DNA of 64,000 nt from Candidatus Latescibacterota bacterium (GTDB taxonomy: Bacteria > Latescibacterota > UBA2968): the NCBI GenBank assembly GCA_965205975.1, contig OZ242195.1:2816001-2880000 (forward strand). Direction: 5' to 3'. The notes beneath the pieces were generated by a model. The model searched no databases and had not been told where the DNA came from. It worked only from the letters and a program-made list of their open reading frames with translations. Each line of letters starts with the position of its first letter. Positions within the stretch are counted from its first letter, which is position 1. Position numbers and translations under genes: made by a program. Shown here in pieces: positions 33,910 through 43,418 of this stretch.

Positions 33910-34563
33910 TCATTCCCCATCGAGCAGATGCACAATGCGTTTGCTATAGCCCGCCCACTTTTCCGAATGCGTCACCTGCACAATCGTTGTCCCACCCTCG
34001 TGCAATCTGGTGAACAAATCCATCACATGTTCGCCCTGCGTCGAATTTAAGTTTCCAGTAGGTTCATCGGCCAGAATCACACGCGGTTTAATCACCACGG
34101 CACGCGCGACACCCACGCGCTGTTGTTCGCCGCCGGACAATTGGTGGGGAAACAAATCCTTCTTCTCCACCAGATCAAACTCATCCAGCATCGCATTCAC
34201 CATCTCCTCCCGTTCATCCCCCTTCACCTTCTTGTACAACAAAGGCGTCTCGATATTGCCGTACACCGTCAGCTCATCAATCAAATGATAGCTCTGAAAC
34301 ACAAAACCAATATTATTCTTGTGACAATCTGACCGCTCGCGCTCGCGCATCTTATGCACGGCTTCGCCATCAAACAAATATTCCCCTCTATTCGACGAAT
34401 CCAGCATCCCCATAATGTGCAACAACGTAGATTTGCCCGAACCAGAAGGTCCCATAATAGATACAAACTCCCCGGACGCAACCCCCAGATCAATACCCTG
34501 CAACACAACCGTCCGAATAAAACGCGACGAATACCACTTTTGAACACCCGACATCTGAATCAT
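33910..34563 (-). CDS. ABC transporter ATP-binding protein (LolD/MacB-type)
   Basis: GPSGSGKS, LSGGEQQR, LADEPTGNL, VTH; the natural tail VVKDEGV* is found displaced at 33565-33633. Confidence 0.92.
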   Translation of the reverse strand: MIQMSGVQKWYSSRFIRTVVLQGIDLGVASGEFVSIMGPSGSGKSTLLHIMGMLDSSNRGEYLFDGEAVHKMRERERSDCHKNNIGFVFQSYHLIDELTVYGNIETPLLYKKVKGDEREEMVNAMLDEFDLVEKKDLFPHQLSGGEQQRVGVARAVVIKPRVILADEPTGNLNSTQGEHVMDLFTRLHEGGTTIVQVTHSEKWAGYSKRIVHLLDGE

Positions 34564-34622
34564 CTCGAACCTCCTCTATAAACTAATTTTGAACGACGGA
34601 TCAAATTGTAACTCCCATCCTA

Positions 34623-34638
34623 TGCAATATCCGTGCCA
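34623..34638 (-). promoter_or_regulatory. Sigma54 -24/-12 promoter
   Basis: TGGCACG-GATA-TTGCA, 60 bp upstream of the ABC ATPase start. Confidence 0.8.
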
Positions 34639-34657
34639 AAATATTTATCTCATTATT

Positions 34658-34740
34658 TATCAACCTGTTATAAAAAATCAAAAAGTTCCACAACGCCACA
34701 AGTGTCCGAAAATGATACACAAGTGTCCGAAAATGAACAC
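34658..34740. promoter_or_regulatory. IHF site and tandem enhancer (UAS) repeats
   Basis: TATCAA-CCTG-TTA at 34658-34670; 21-bp-period repeat CACAAGTGTCCGAAAATGA at 34697 and 34718. Confidence 0.65.
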
Positions 34741-34750
34741 TTAAAACCAA

Positions 34751-35659
34751 CTATACCTTCACCTTCAACGCACCCGGAACAACCTCAATCTTTGCGGGCA
34801 CCTCACACATCGGTTCTCCATCTGCAAAAATCCACAAAAGATCATCGGACTCAATCTGCAAAGTACTGGTCTGCACAACGCGCACAGCAGAATGACCAAT
34901 ATGAGCGCCGGAATACGCACGCAAAAACATCCTCAAAACCGTCCAGCGCGAAACATCTGCCACAATGCACACATCCAGCACCCCATCGTCAATAATGGCA
35001 TCAGGTACAATTTTAATCCCACTCCCATAAAAAGGCGCGTTTGCCGTTGCCGCCAGCAAAATACGCCCTTCAAAAACGCCAAAATCTCCTCGCAGACGCA
35101 CAAGGGAAGACCGATATCCGACCAGTGTTCGCAAAACTGTCAGCCCATAAGACACTTTTCCTCCCACCTCCAAAGCCCGTGTGAGAAAACCAGCCCTCTG
35201 ACTCCGCATCCTTTGCGCCACCGCCGTATCGAAACCCAAACTCGCAACAGTCGCAAAAAATCGGTCACCCGCTTTCCCCAGATCAATCGCGCGATCCACC
35301 CCATGCACCAGCGTATTGACCACATCCACCACATCTTTGGACAATCCCAATGCCCGCGCCAGATCATTCCCGCGACCACAGGGAATAACCCCCAAAATCG
35401 CATCTGAATTTACGAGACCATTGACCACCTCATGCACTGTCCCATCACCCCCACACGCAGCAACCTGGCGTGCCCCACGCGCCAACGCTTCCCGCGCTAA
35501 CCGCTCGCAATCGCCCGGTGCCCCCGACATCATCAAATCGGCATTTACACCGTGCTCGCACAACAAATCCGCAACCCGCTCACCTATGCGCCTTGCACGA
35601 CCACGTCCCGAAACGGGATTTGCAATAATTGTCCAATGATTTGACATAAAGCTAATCAC
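34751..35659 (-). CDS. Diacylglycerol/lipid kinase family protein (YegS/DgkB-like)
   Basis: IANPVSG, GGDGTVHEVVNG, PCGRGNDLA, DDGVLD, ADGE. Confidence 0.92.
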   Translation of the reverse strand: MISFMSNHWTIIANPVSGRGRARRIGERVADLLCEHGVNADLMMSGAPGDCERLAREALARGARQVAACGGDGTVHEVVNGLVNSDAILGVIPCGRGNDLARALGLSKDVVDVVNTLVHGVDRAIDLGKAGDRFFATVASLGFDTAVAQRMRSQRAGFLTRALEVGGKVSYGLTVLRTLVGYRSSLVRLRGDFGVFEGRILLAATANAPFYGSGIKIVPDAIIDDGVLDVCIVADVSRWTVLRMFLRAYSGAHIGHSAVRVVQTSTLQIESDDLLWIFADGEPMCEVPAKIEVVPGALKVKV

Positions 35660-35733
35660 TCAAAAAGAAAACTCACCTCACAGTGAGATGAGTAGGATCG
35701 AACCCGATACAGACGGGAACGATTCTATCGAGC

Positions 35734-35793
35734 TTAGGGGGTAACTTAGGGGGTAACTTGGATGGTAACTTAGATGGTAACTTGGATGGTAAT
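35734..35793. repeat. 12-bp tandem repeat x5
   Basis: TTAGGGGGTAAC x2, TTGGATGGTAAC, TTAGATGGTAAC, TTGGATGGTAAT. Confidence 0.85.
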
Positions 35794-35866
35794 TGCCAAC
35801 CGGGCATCCGCCTCAGATCGCACTTCTGGGTTTGGATGCAGGTCAGAATACGTCACGTTCTCTCCC

Positions 35867-36500
35867 TTAAATCCCGAACCTCTGTTTCAATCTTTGAATC
35901 CGATTAAAAGATTCGCAAATGCGATCTTCTCTAACAACGCCATCTGCTACCGCCTGTACAATAGCATTTTTAACATCGTACACCTGATCAATATTGTATT
36001 CCCCAATCTGGTTGGCGAGCAGAATCATATCAACACCTGCTTTTACGGCTTCAACAACCGCTTCTATCAACCCATACGCCTCAACAATCGCTCCCATTTG
36101 CATATCATCGGAAATAACGACCCCATCAAAGCCCATCTCATCCCTCAGGAGCTTTGTCATAATATCATGCGACAACGTCGCCGGTCTTCCGCTCTTATCG
36201 AGCTTCCGATTCACAATATGCGCGGTAAGAATCGGACCTTCATAGCCTCTCTGAATAAATTTTTGATACGGCAAAAGCTCTTTTGCACGTCGGTATGTCT
36301 CCGTGACATCGGTAACACCGAGATGCGTATCGTCCGCCGCACTTCCGTGTCCGGGAAAGTGTTTCAGCGTCGGTATCACCTGCTGTTCTCGATGCGCCTT
36401 AACAAACGCATTGGCATGCGCTACCACAGCCCTCGGAACATCGCTAAACGACCGCTCTATTGCGCCAACAGCAGGACTTTGGGGATCTATTCCCACGGCT
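35867..36500 (-). pseudogene. Glycoside hydrolase family 3 (NagZ-like), N-terminally truncated
   Basis: ERSFS, LKHFPGHGS..DTH, PATLS, VVISDDMQM are present; the upstream half (DQEGG region) is absent. Confidence 0.75.
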
Positions 36501-36531
36501 TCTTCTACAGAAATTCCAAGATCACCAGGTG

Positions 36532-37344
36532 TCACGCCACATCCCCCAAACCCTGCCCCCTCATCTTCCTCCTCACCAGCCACTCGACAATTTTGGGATG
36601 AATCAATTGCAGATAGGGCAATGCGCGGTGGTGCCAGGGAAGCACCAGTTCGCGCCTCTGCTTTCGCATAGCTTTCAAAATTGCCCTGCAACAATATTCT
36701 ACAGAAAGTGCCTCTTTATTGTGCCGCTGTGAGGAATCGCCCAGTGCTTCACCATCCTTCCCAAAAGCGCGTCGTCTCAAATTCGTCCCCTGAAGCCAAT
36801 GCGGCAAAACCGTCAAAACATGAACATCTTCCACTTCCAGACGCAGAGCATTTAAAAAACCCAGCACCGCGTGCTTTGATGCGCCATATCCCGTATGCAG
36901 AGGCACGCCAAATTTGCCCTGCAAAGATGCAATGGCCACAATCATACCCTTCGAAACTTTCAAATGTGGCAATGCCGCATGCACGCAATAAACCAGACCG
37001 AGATAATTGGTCTCCATCAGCTTGCGAAACACGTCCAGATCTTCCACCTCGTCAAACCGCGCCCACATACTAATCCCGGCATTGGCAATCAAATAATCAA
37101 TGCGACCAAATGCAGTAACCGTCGCCTCAATTAATTGTTCACAATCTTCGATCTTCGTAACATCTCCCACCACGGTCACCACCTGTGCGCCCAAATCCCG
37201 ACACTGCTCAGCCGTCTCGCTCAGCTTTTCCTCCCGCCGAGCAAACAATGTTAGGTGTGCGCCCTGTTTCGCCAGTTCCAGAGCCAACACAGCCCCAAGC
37301 CCCGAAGACGCGCCCGTAATAATCGCTACTTTATCGCAAAACAT
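36532..37344 (-). CDS. Short-chain dehydrogenase/reductase, DHRS7B-like; candidate acyl/alkyl-DHAP reductase
   Basis: ITGASSGLG, ARR (NADP-type), ANAG, METNYLG, YGASKHA. Confidence 0.85.
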   Translation of the reverse strand: MFCDKVAIITGASSGLGAVLALELAKQGAHLTLFARREEKLSETAEQCRDLGAQVVTVVGDVTKIEDCEQLIEATVTAFGRIDYLIANAGISMWARFDEVEDLDVFRKLMETNYLGLVYCVHAALPHLKVSKGMIVAIASLQGKFGVPLHTGYGASKHAVLGFLNALRLEVEDVHVLTVLPHWLQGTNLRRRAFGKDGEALGDSSQRHNKEALSVEYCCRAILKAMRKQRRELVLPWHHRALPYLQLIHPKIVEWLVRRKMRGQGLGDVA

Positions 37345-37378
37345 TGCGCCGCTCAAAATCAATAGTTCCTTTCCATTT

Positions 37379-39223
37379 TCAATCCGCAAACGCCCCATTG
37401 CCAATGGCAAAGATATTATTTGGATCCATCGCCTTTTTCATCTGCCGCAGCACCGCAAGACTATTTTCGCTTTGAATCTGCGGCAAAAATCCACTGCGGA
37501 GCTTGCCCACGCCGTGATGGTGTGACAAAGACCCGCCGTGGTCTAAAATCTCCTGCCGCAACCGGCGCTCAATCGCGTGATAAACGCCAACCGCATCCTC
37601 AAGCCCCTGCGCACAAAAACCCATAGTAAAATAAATGCACACACCCGTGTGATAGGTCTGCGTCACGCGATAAGCCAAAAAGGGCTTGCCCGGCACGCTG
37701 TATTCTTCACACAAAACAACCAACTTCTTTTCCACCGCACCAATAACATCGTGAATATTAGTCCACGGCACAGAAGTCTCAAATGTCTCGCCCAAAATGT
37801 GAAACTGAGTAAAAAAATCGCGAATATACGCAATCCCAAACGTCAACATATACCCCCGCTCGCCTCTGTGCGCCCCGCCCGAAATACCGCCGTATTTCTT
37901 CGCCAAACGAAAAATCGTCTTTGCCTGCTGCCGAACCTCGTCTTTTGTTCCCTCCATCACAATCGTACACGCCACCAACTGCTTTGGATCAAACCCCTTG
38001 ACCTTAACCAAAAAAAATTGCTGAATATCCTGCTGGAGCTTCTTGAACCCTTTTGCCTCGGGCTTCAGCGCCTGCCCAAGCTGTAATTCCGTATTGTTCA
38101 CCAGCCGAATACTCGCCGGAACTTGCCCCGTTGGCCGAAGTGCTTTTAAGTAACTTACACCTCGTTCAAATGACGGAAACACCAGCGAACCAAACGCCTG
38201 TGCCTCGGGCTGTTTGTGGATCTTGATCGTCGCCCGGGTAATAATCCCCAAATTACCCTCACTCCCAAACAAAAATGACCTGGGCTGCACACCCGTTGAA
38301 TTGCGCGGCGTCGCATGGTGTGTCTCCACCTCCCCCGTTGGCGTTACCAGCGTGGCCTCTATCACAATATCCTCAATATTGCCATACCGATTCTTTTTCA
38401 TACCACTGGCATTGGTCGCAATCCATCCCCCCAGAGTTGAAAACTCCAGACTATCTGGATCGTGTCCCGATGTGTATCCCAACTCATTCAGCGCAATCTC
38501 CAATTGCTTACCCGAAATCCCTGATTGTACACACGCTTGAAAATTCTCTTCATCCACCTGCACAATGCGATTCATGCGACGCATATCCACCGACGCGACC
38601 ATCCGCGTCTCTGAAGTCGGAATTGCGAGCGCACCGCTCACATTCGTCCCGCCGCCATAGGGCACCAGCACCACATCGTGTTCATTTGCAAGCTGGATAA
38701 TAGCCTGAATATCCGCGTCTTCCTCTGGGAACAACACCACATCCACCAGGCGTTCGGGCGGCCGATGGTACAAAATTTGATACACCTCATCCACACTCAA
38801 CTGCCCGTGGCTATGTACCAGACGCTCTATGTCCTCTTGAGAAACGCCATTTTCGCTGAGCGCATCGCGCACCGCCCTCAAAAATTCGTCATTTGCCACG
38901 GGCGCGGGCAAATCGCGGTGCTCAACCTCTTGCCCCATATCTTCGGGACGGATCGGCACCTCGAGCACCTCTTCGACAAAAGGCAAAAAATAAGGCATCC
39001 GATAGCCACACAACGGATACCGCGTTCCCGTCACCTGCACAGTCCTGTCATCGTCAAACTCAAACCGCGTATCCTTATACCCCCACTTGTGTGCAAACCG
39101 CTCGCCTTCTGCCCCCTCAGAAAAACGGTCTTTACTGGCAAAAGCGCGACGCCCTCGAACGAGCAAAAATACCAGCACCAGCAAAAATGCGACAACCATC
39201 AGTTCATTCATTTCACACCTCAA
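37379..39223 (-). CDS. Alkyl-dihydroxyacetone-phosphate synthase (FAD-linked, AGPS-like)
   Basis: PYGGGTNVS, GHDPDSLEFSTLGGW, ASGMKKNRYGNIED, GSEGNLG, PASIRL, IAYIRD, FETS, RVTQTY, SLSHHHGVGK; N-terminal TM. Confidence 0.9.
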   Translation of the reverse strand: MRCEMNELMVVAFLLVLVFLLVRGRRAFASKDRFSEGAEGERFAHKWGYKDTRFEFDDDRTVQVTGTRYPLCGYRMPYFLPFVEEVLEVPIRPEDMGQEVEHRDLPAPVANDEFLRAVRDALSENGVSQEDIERLVHSHGQLSVDEVYQILYHRPPERLVDVVLFPEEDADIQAIIQLANEHDVVLVPYGGGTNVSGALAIPTSETRMVASVDMRRMNRIVQVDEENFQACVQSGISGKQLEIALNELGYTSGHDPDSLEFSTLGGWIATNASGMKKNRYGNIEDIVIEATLVTPTGEVETHHATPRNSTGVQPRSFLFGSEGNLGIITRATIKIHKQPEAQAFGSLVFPSFERGVSYLKALRPTGQVPASIRLVNNTELQLGQALKPEAKGFKKLQQDIQQFFLVKVKGFDPKQLVACTIVMEGTKDEVRQQAKTIFRLAKKYGGISGGAHRGERGYMLTFGIAYIRDFFTQFHILGETFETSVPWTNIHDVIGAVEKKLVVLCEEYSVPGKPFLAYRVTQTYHTGVCIYFTMGFCAQGLEDAVGVYHAIERRLRQEILDHGGSLSHHHGVGKLRSGFLPQIQSENSLAVLRQMKKAMDPNNIFAIGNGAFAD

Positions 39224-39226
39224 TTT

Positions 39227-41173
39227 TCAAGACTCTTCCGGATTCAACAACGTCGCAATATGCACCGCTTGAAACAGCGCAGCAGCCTCGGACTGAATCC
39301 GCAGCGATCGTCTTTTGGGCAACAGGGTCGTCTCTCCCAACATCGGCGGTGAGACCCACACATCGACCTGCCCCGGATTGATATTGATATTGCCCTTTGG
39401 ACACTTGGGCCACAGCGCGTGAAGCCCGCGATACGCAATCGGCACAATCACCACATCCTGGGGCAATTGTGCAAACACTCCGTGTTGAAGCGGAAATTGT
39501 TGAATCGCAAAAGCCGCCGTCGTCGCCATGGGATAAATAACACCCGGTCGCTCTGTCAATGCCTGTGCCACGCGCTGTGTCGTATGGCCCGCAGCACGGG
39601 ATCGCTCGAGCATCACATAGCCATCGACATTTTCCAAGATCTGATCAAAAACCTCCGACGTCATCCCAAACTGCGTGATCTGTTTCGACCCAATTTTGAT
39701 ACCCGAGCGCGCCAGCCCAGTACGCGCCAGAATCACACAAGGTTCGGGTCTTTCCCATCCCATTGCATTCATAAATTCTCGAGACTGCAAAACCCTGTAC
39801 AAAACGGGATGGTCAAATAAACTCTGATGCGTTGGCAAAAAAATAAGACGCCGACCTTCCGCATCGGCTCCCAAATCTCGCACAATGGCTTCAAAATGGG
39901 GATCGATATAAACGTTGACGCGAATATCAAAAATATCCAGCGTGCGACGCCCCCAATCGAGCCAGGTGCGCCATCCGGCTTCGCGGCGACGGATGGGATC
40001 GGCTTCTCTTTCCAACAATTTCTTTTTTTGACGTCCCACCTTGAACGAAGTCCCCATCCACCTGACAAAACGCATCCCTCGCTGCAACTTTGAAAATTGC
40101 CCCCGACGCCCGACATTGGGATATTCCAAAAATCGCCCGCGCGCCGTATCTGCGAGCAAAGTGGGCATTTCTATACGCGAGCCTTTTTGTCCAACGCGAT
40201 CGATTTGCGCGTTCAAATCGCATATTAGCTTAACCGACAAATCAATCATATCCCGCGTCAAATAACTATACTCCTGCCCATACCAATACAGCCGGGGACG
40301 CAATTTGGTAGGATCTTCTTGATGCGCATGCAAAAATTCAATCAACAGCGCCTTGATGTGCAACACATCATCATCTATCCCATCCATCTCCACATCACTC
40401 GCCTCGTGCAACTGCGCCAAAGCCACCTCAGCATCCACAATAACCTTCCACACCGATACGCCAAACCAGCCAAAATTTGTCAAATAATTATACCGCGTTG
40501 ACAGCAACCCCCCCGCGGCGATCAAATTGAGCGTGCGCTGTGCCACATCTTGCAACAAATCGCGCAAAGAGCCCTCAATTCTCTCGCCATCTCGTTCACA
40601 ACTGTACTCCTCAGCCCAGTGCGCGTCCTCATCCGCCTCCACATTGTCAAGAGCCTCTGCAACGGCGCGGGCATGCGACATCGGCACCTGTGTAATATGC
40701 ACCTGAGCCAGAGCCTCTTCAACGGCTTCGGGCGCGTGCAACTCCGCCTGTGCCAAAGCCTTCAAATACAGAGACTGATACAACTTCAAAAAATCTTTCG
40801 CATCCCCGCGTCCACGCTCGACAAATTGTCGTCGCAGTTGCAAATAAATTTGGCTGCCCGTGTGATATTGCGGAAGCAACCGCGCAAAAGGACGGTACGC
40901 CTCGTCCAAACGCTCATTGCGGACCTCGGGCAGGTCTCGAAAAATCGCATCCACAAGCTGAGCGCGAAATTGAAGTGCCTCCATATCCATCGCCCCACTC
41001 TTACTTTTGGGCCAGACCAGCGCATCTGGATCGAACGCGTCAAAATAGCCATCGTGACGCACGGCTTCGAGCATAAGCTGAACCGATTGGTCATAAATAG
41101 ACAACATCTGCTCCAGATCCTCGAGCAGTGTTTCGTGCAATGGGCGAGTATCCGATTTATTGCGTAAGGTCAT
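39227..41173 (-). CDS. Glycerolipid acyltransferase-domain protein with a large unknown N-terminal region
   Basis: HQSLFD (HxxxxD), IYPMATT (block III-like), VVIVPIAYRG (block IV) in the last ~250 aa. Confidence 0.7.
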   Translation of the reverse strand: MTLRNKSDTRPLHETLLEDLEQMLSIYDQSVQLMLEAVRHDGYFDAFDPDALVWPKSKSGAMDMEALQFRAQLVDAIFRDLPEVRNERLDEAYRPFARLLPQYHTGSQIYLQLRRQFVERGRGDAKDFLKLYQSLYLKALAQAELHAPEAVEEALAQVHITQVPMSHARAVAEALDNVEADEDAHWAEEYSCERDGERIEGSLRDLLQDVAQRTLNLIAAGGLLSTRYNYLTNFGWFGVSVWKVIVDAEVALAQLHEASDVEMDGIDDDVLHIKALLIEFLHAHQEDPTKLRPRLYWYGQEYSYLTRDMIDLSVKLICDLNAQIDRVGQKGSRIEMPTLLADTARGRFLEYPNVGRRGQFSKLQRGMRFVRWMGTSFKVGRQKKKLLEREADPIRRREAGWRTWLDWGRRTLDIFDIRVNVYIDPHFEAIVRDLGADAEGRRLIFLPTHQSLFDHPVLYRVLQSREFMNAMGWERPEPCVILARTGLARSGIKIGSKQITQFGMTSEVFDQILENVDGYVMLERSRAAGHTTQRVAQALTERPGVIYPMATTAAFAIQQFPLQHGVFAQLPQDVVIVPIAYRGLHALWPKCPKGNININPGQVDVWVSPPMLGETTLLPKRRSLRIQSEAAALFQAVHIATLLNPEES

Positions 41174-41182
41174 AAGAGAAGC

Positions 41183-42787
41183 CTAAACACCTGTCTTGAG
41201 CACATGCCGTTGCAAGCCGGGAATATGAATATCTTTTACGTAAACGGGCCAATCTATGCGCGAAACATCACAATTAAAAATCTCTTTGTCTTCTGCATCC
41301 AGGCTGTCAAACAACCGATTCATATTGTCGTTTTGAAACACGCAATCCAGAGAAATATAAGAACCGTAAATATCGGTAAGTGCCAGCGTATTTTCCAAAG
41401 TGGCATTCAAAATCGATAATTGGCGTTTGCGTTTTGAGACATTGGCCATTGGCACCCAATCCAGTGCCCGTTGCAAAATTTTGAGTGGCAATAGATACTT
41501 ATAGCGCAACTTTCGACGAAATTGTGACAATGTCGGATAGGTCCACGGCGTCACCGCAATGGGTTTGCCATTGCGATCGCGCATTGGATTGTTCACAAAA
41601 TACTCGTACACATACTGGACGACCTCACCCACCGTGACCGGATTTTTTGCACTTGTCGTCACATGATAAACCTTCAAATCGGCATTTGCACGGATAGAAG
41701 GCAAAACACTGATAATAACATTGATAATAATATCCACGGGAATAACGTCTAAAACCGCTTCTGGACGCGCTGGAAAATCCGTCAAACGCCCCTTGCCGTA
41801 GTGTGCAATAAGCGGATCGGCCACTTTTAGCCCCTCCAGCCATCCCGGCTCTGGATCGGACAAACTGCTCTCAATAATAGAAGGGCGCACGATCACGGTT
41901 GGCAAATCGCCCCGGGTCTTGGCAATCATCTGCTCACCCATGGCTTTGGTAAAAGAATAACTGTCGTGCCAGCCCAACTCTCGCCCGCGCTTTATGCCGC
42001 GTGCCACCATCCGTTCCCGCACCCAGCGCTGGCGCAAGGCCTCCAACTGATGTTCTCGCCGATGTGCTGTAACGCGCTTGCCCCGGTCCTGCCGGTCCAG
42101 CAACCGCGTAAATTCCGCAAATCGCTCGGGACTCCGCGACGACGCCTCTACTTCGCGGCTATACGTTAGAATATCTTCAATTTCCGAATCCAGACTATAA
42201 TCGGGCGCGCGACCATTTCCCATCTGTTGTGCCACCGTTTGATCGGGCACGGGCGCGTCTTCAGAAATAATTCTCTTTTGCCGCCCATTGACATAAGCCG
42301 TTGAAACATGCACCAGCACAGCATCTCGACATGCTTTGGCAAATTCGACAACGCGCCTGGCTCCAAGTGTATTTTGCGCCAGGGCCAAATCCAGTGGCGC
42401 GTCAAAAACCACATTGGCCGCGCTATTTATCACAATATCAACTTCATGGATCAACCGCGCATATGTCTCCGCGTCCATGCCGAGATGATCTTGTGTCAAA
42501 TCGCTCGGCACTGCAATGACTTTTTCGCGCATCACAGAATCAAAACGATCCCCGAGTTCTGTGCGCAATCGCGTAAAGGCACTGGATTGCAAAATCTCCC
42601 TTTGCAATCGATCTTCGGCACTAATGGGCTTGCCCCCTCCTCGCCTTTGAGGTCGCACCATGAGATAAATGCGCCCAACATCTGGCGCATGGCAAAGGAT
42701 TTTTCCCACCAATCCCTTGGCCAAAAAACCAGTTGCACCTGTAACAAACAGAACCTTGTGATTCAAAAATGGAATAACGGCACTCAT
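41183..42787 (-). CDS. Fatty acyl-CoA reductase (alcohol-forming, male-sterility family)
   Basis: VTGATGFLAK, NSAANVVFD, HVSTAYV, YSFTKAMGE, IVRPSII, EPGWLEG, C-terminal FNCDVSRIDW. Confidence 0.9.
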   Translation of the reverse strand: MSAVIPFLNHKVLFVTGATGFLAKGLVGKILCHAPDVGRIYLMVRPQRRGGGKPISAEDRLQREILQSSAFTRLRTELGDRFDSVMREKVIAVPSDLTQDHLGMDAETYARLIHEVDIVINSAANVVFDAPLDLALAQNTLGARRVVEFAKACRDAVLVHVSTAYVNGRQKRIISEDAPVPDQTVAQQMGNGRAPDYSLDSEIEDILTYSREVEASSRSPERFAEFTRLLDRQDRGKRVTAHRREHQLEALRQRWVRERMVARGIKRGRELGWHDSYSFTKAMGEQMIAKTRGDLPTVIVRPSIIESSLSDPEPGWLEGLKVADPLIAHYGKGRLTDFPARPEAVLDVIPVDIIINVIISVLPSIRANADLKVYHVTTSAKNPVTVGEVVQYVYEYFVNNPMRDRNGKPIAVTPWTYPTLSQFRRKLRYKYLLPLKILQRALDWVPMANVSKRKRQLSILNATLENTLALTDIYGSYISLDCVFQNDNMNRLFDSLDAEDKEIFNCDVSRIDWPVYVKDIHIPGLQRHVLKTGV

Positions 42788-42847
42788 AAAAAGACCCCGG
42801 CATTTCCAAAAAAATTAAAACGCAACAGCACGAAAACCACCATCCCA

Positions 42848-42953
42848 ATTAAAGGCGACCATTAGACTTGTGTCAACCCCTTTCTCGCGCAGTTCACAAG
42901 CGCAAATCCTTATCAAAAATGGGGTTGACAAAAAAAAGCTCAACTCCTATCTT
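42848..42953. promoter_or_regulatory. Divergent sigma70-type promoters
   Basis: Minus strand: TTGACA-17-TTTAAT (42876-42848). Plus strand: TTGACA-17-TATCTT (42925-42953). Confidence 0.65.
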
Positions 42954-43002
42954 GTCCATCTTCGAGCCGATATGAGCCTATTTTCTTTATGGAATTTTAT
43001 GC

Positions 43003-43401
43003 ATGGAACGCACCTTGCTCATCGTCAAACCCGACGCTGTTGCACAAAATGTAATCGGTGAAATTATTCACCGTCTCGAAAAAAAAAGCTTTCGGATTGT
43101 AAATCTGGAAATGGTTCGCCTCACGCGCAAACAGGCCGCCGAATTTTATGCAGTACATCGCCAACGACCTTTTTACAACGACTTGCTCGATTTTATGACC
43201 TCCGGTCCCTGTGTACCCATGGCACTCGAGCGAGACAACGCCGTCGCATTTTTGCGCGAAGTCATTGGCAACACCAATCCTGAAGAAGCCGCAGAAGGAA
43301 CCATTCGCAAAGACTTTGCAACCGATATTCAAAACAATGCCGTACACGCCTCAGATTCACTGGAAAATGCAGCCAAAGAAGTGGCTTTCTTTTTTGGGTA
43401 A
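43003..43401 (+). CDS. ndk: Nucleoside diphosphate kinase
   Basis: [29 protein letters not shown]. Confidence 0.96.
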   Translation: MERTLLIVKPDAVAQNVIGEIIHRLEKKSFRIVNLEMVRLTRKQAAEFYAVHRQRPFYNDLLDFMTSGPCVPMALERDNAVAFLREVIGNTNPEEAAEGTIRKDFATDIQNNAVHASDSLENAAKEVAFFFG

Positions 43402-43418
43402 AAGAGATCAACTACCTT

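Noticed and set aside
35774..36601. 275-aa plus-strand ORF
   Set aside because: Antisense to the GH3 remnant with no recognisable motifs
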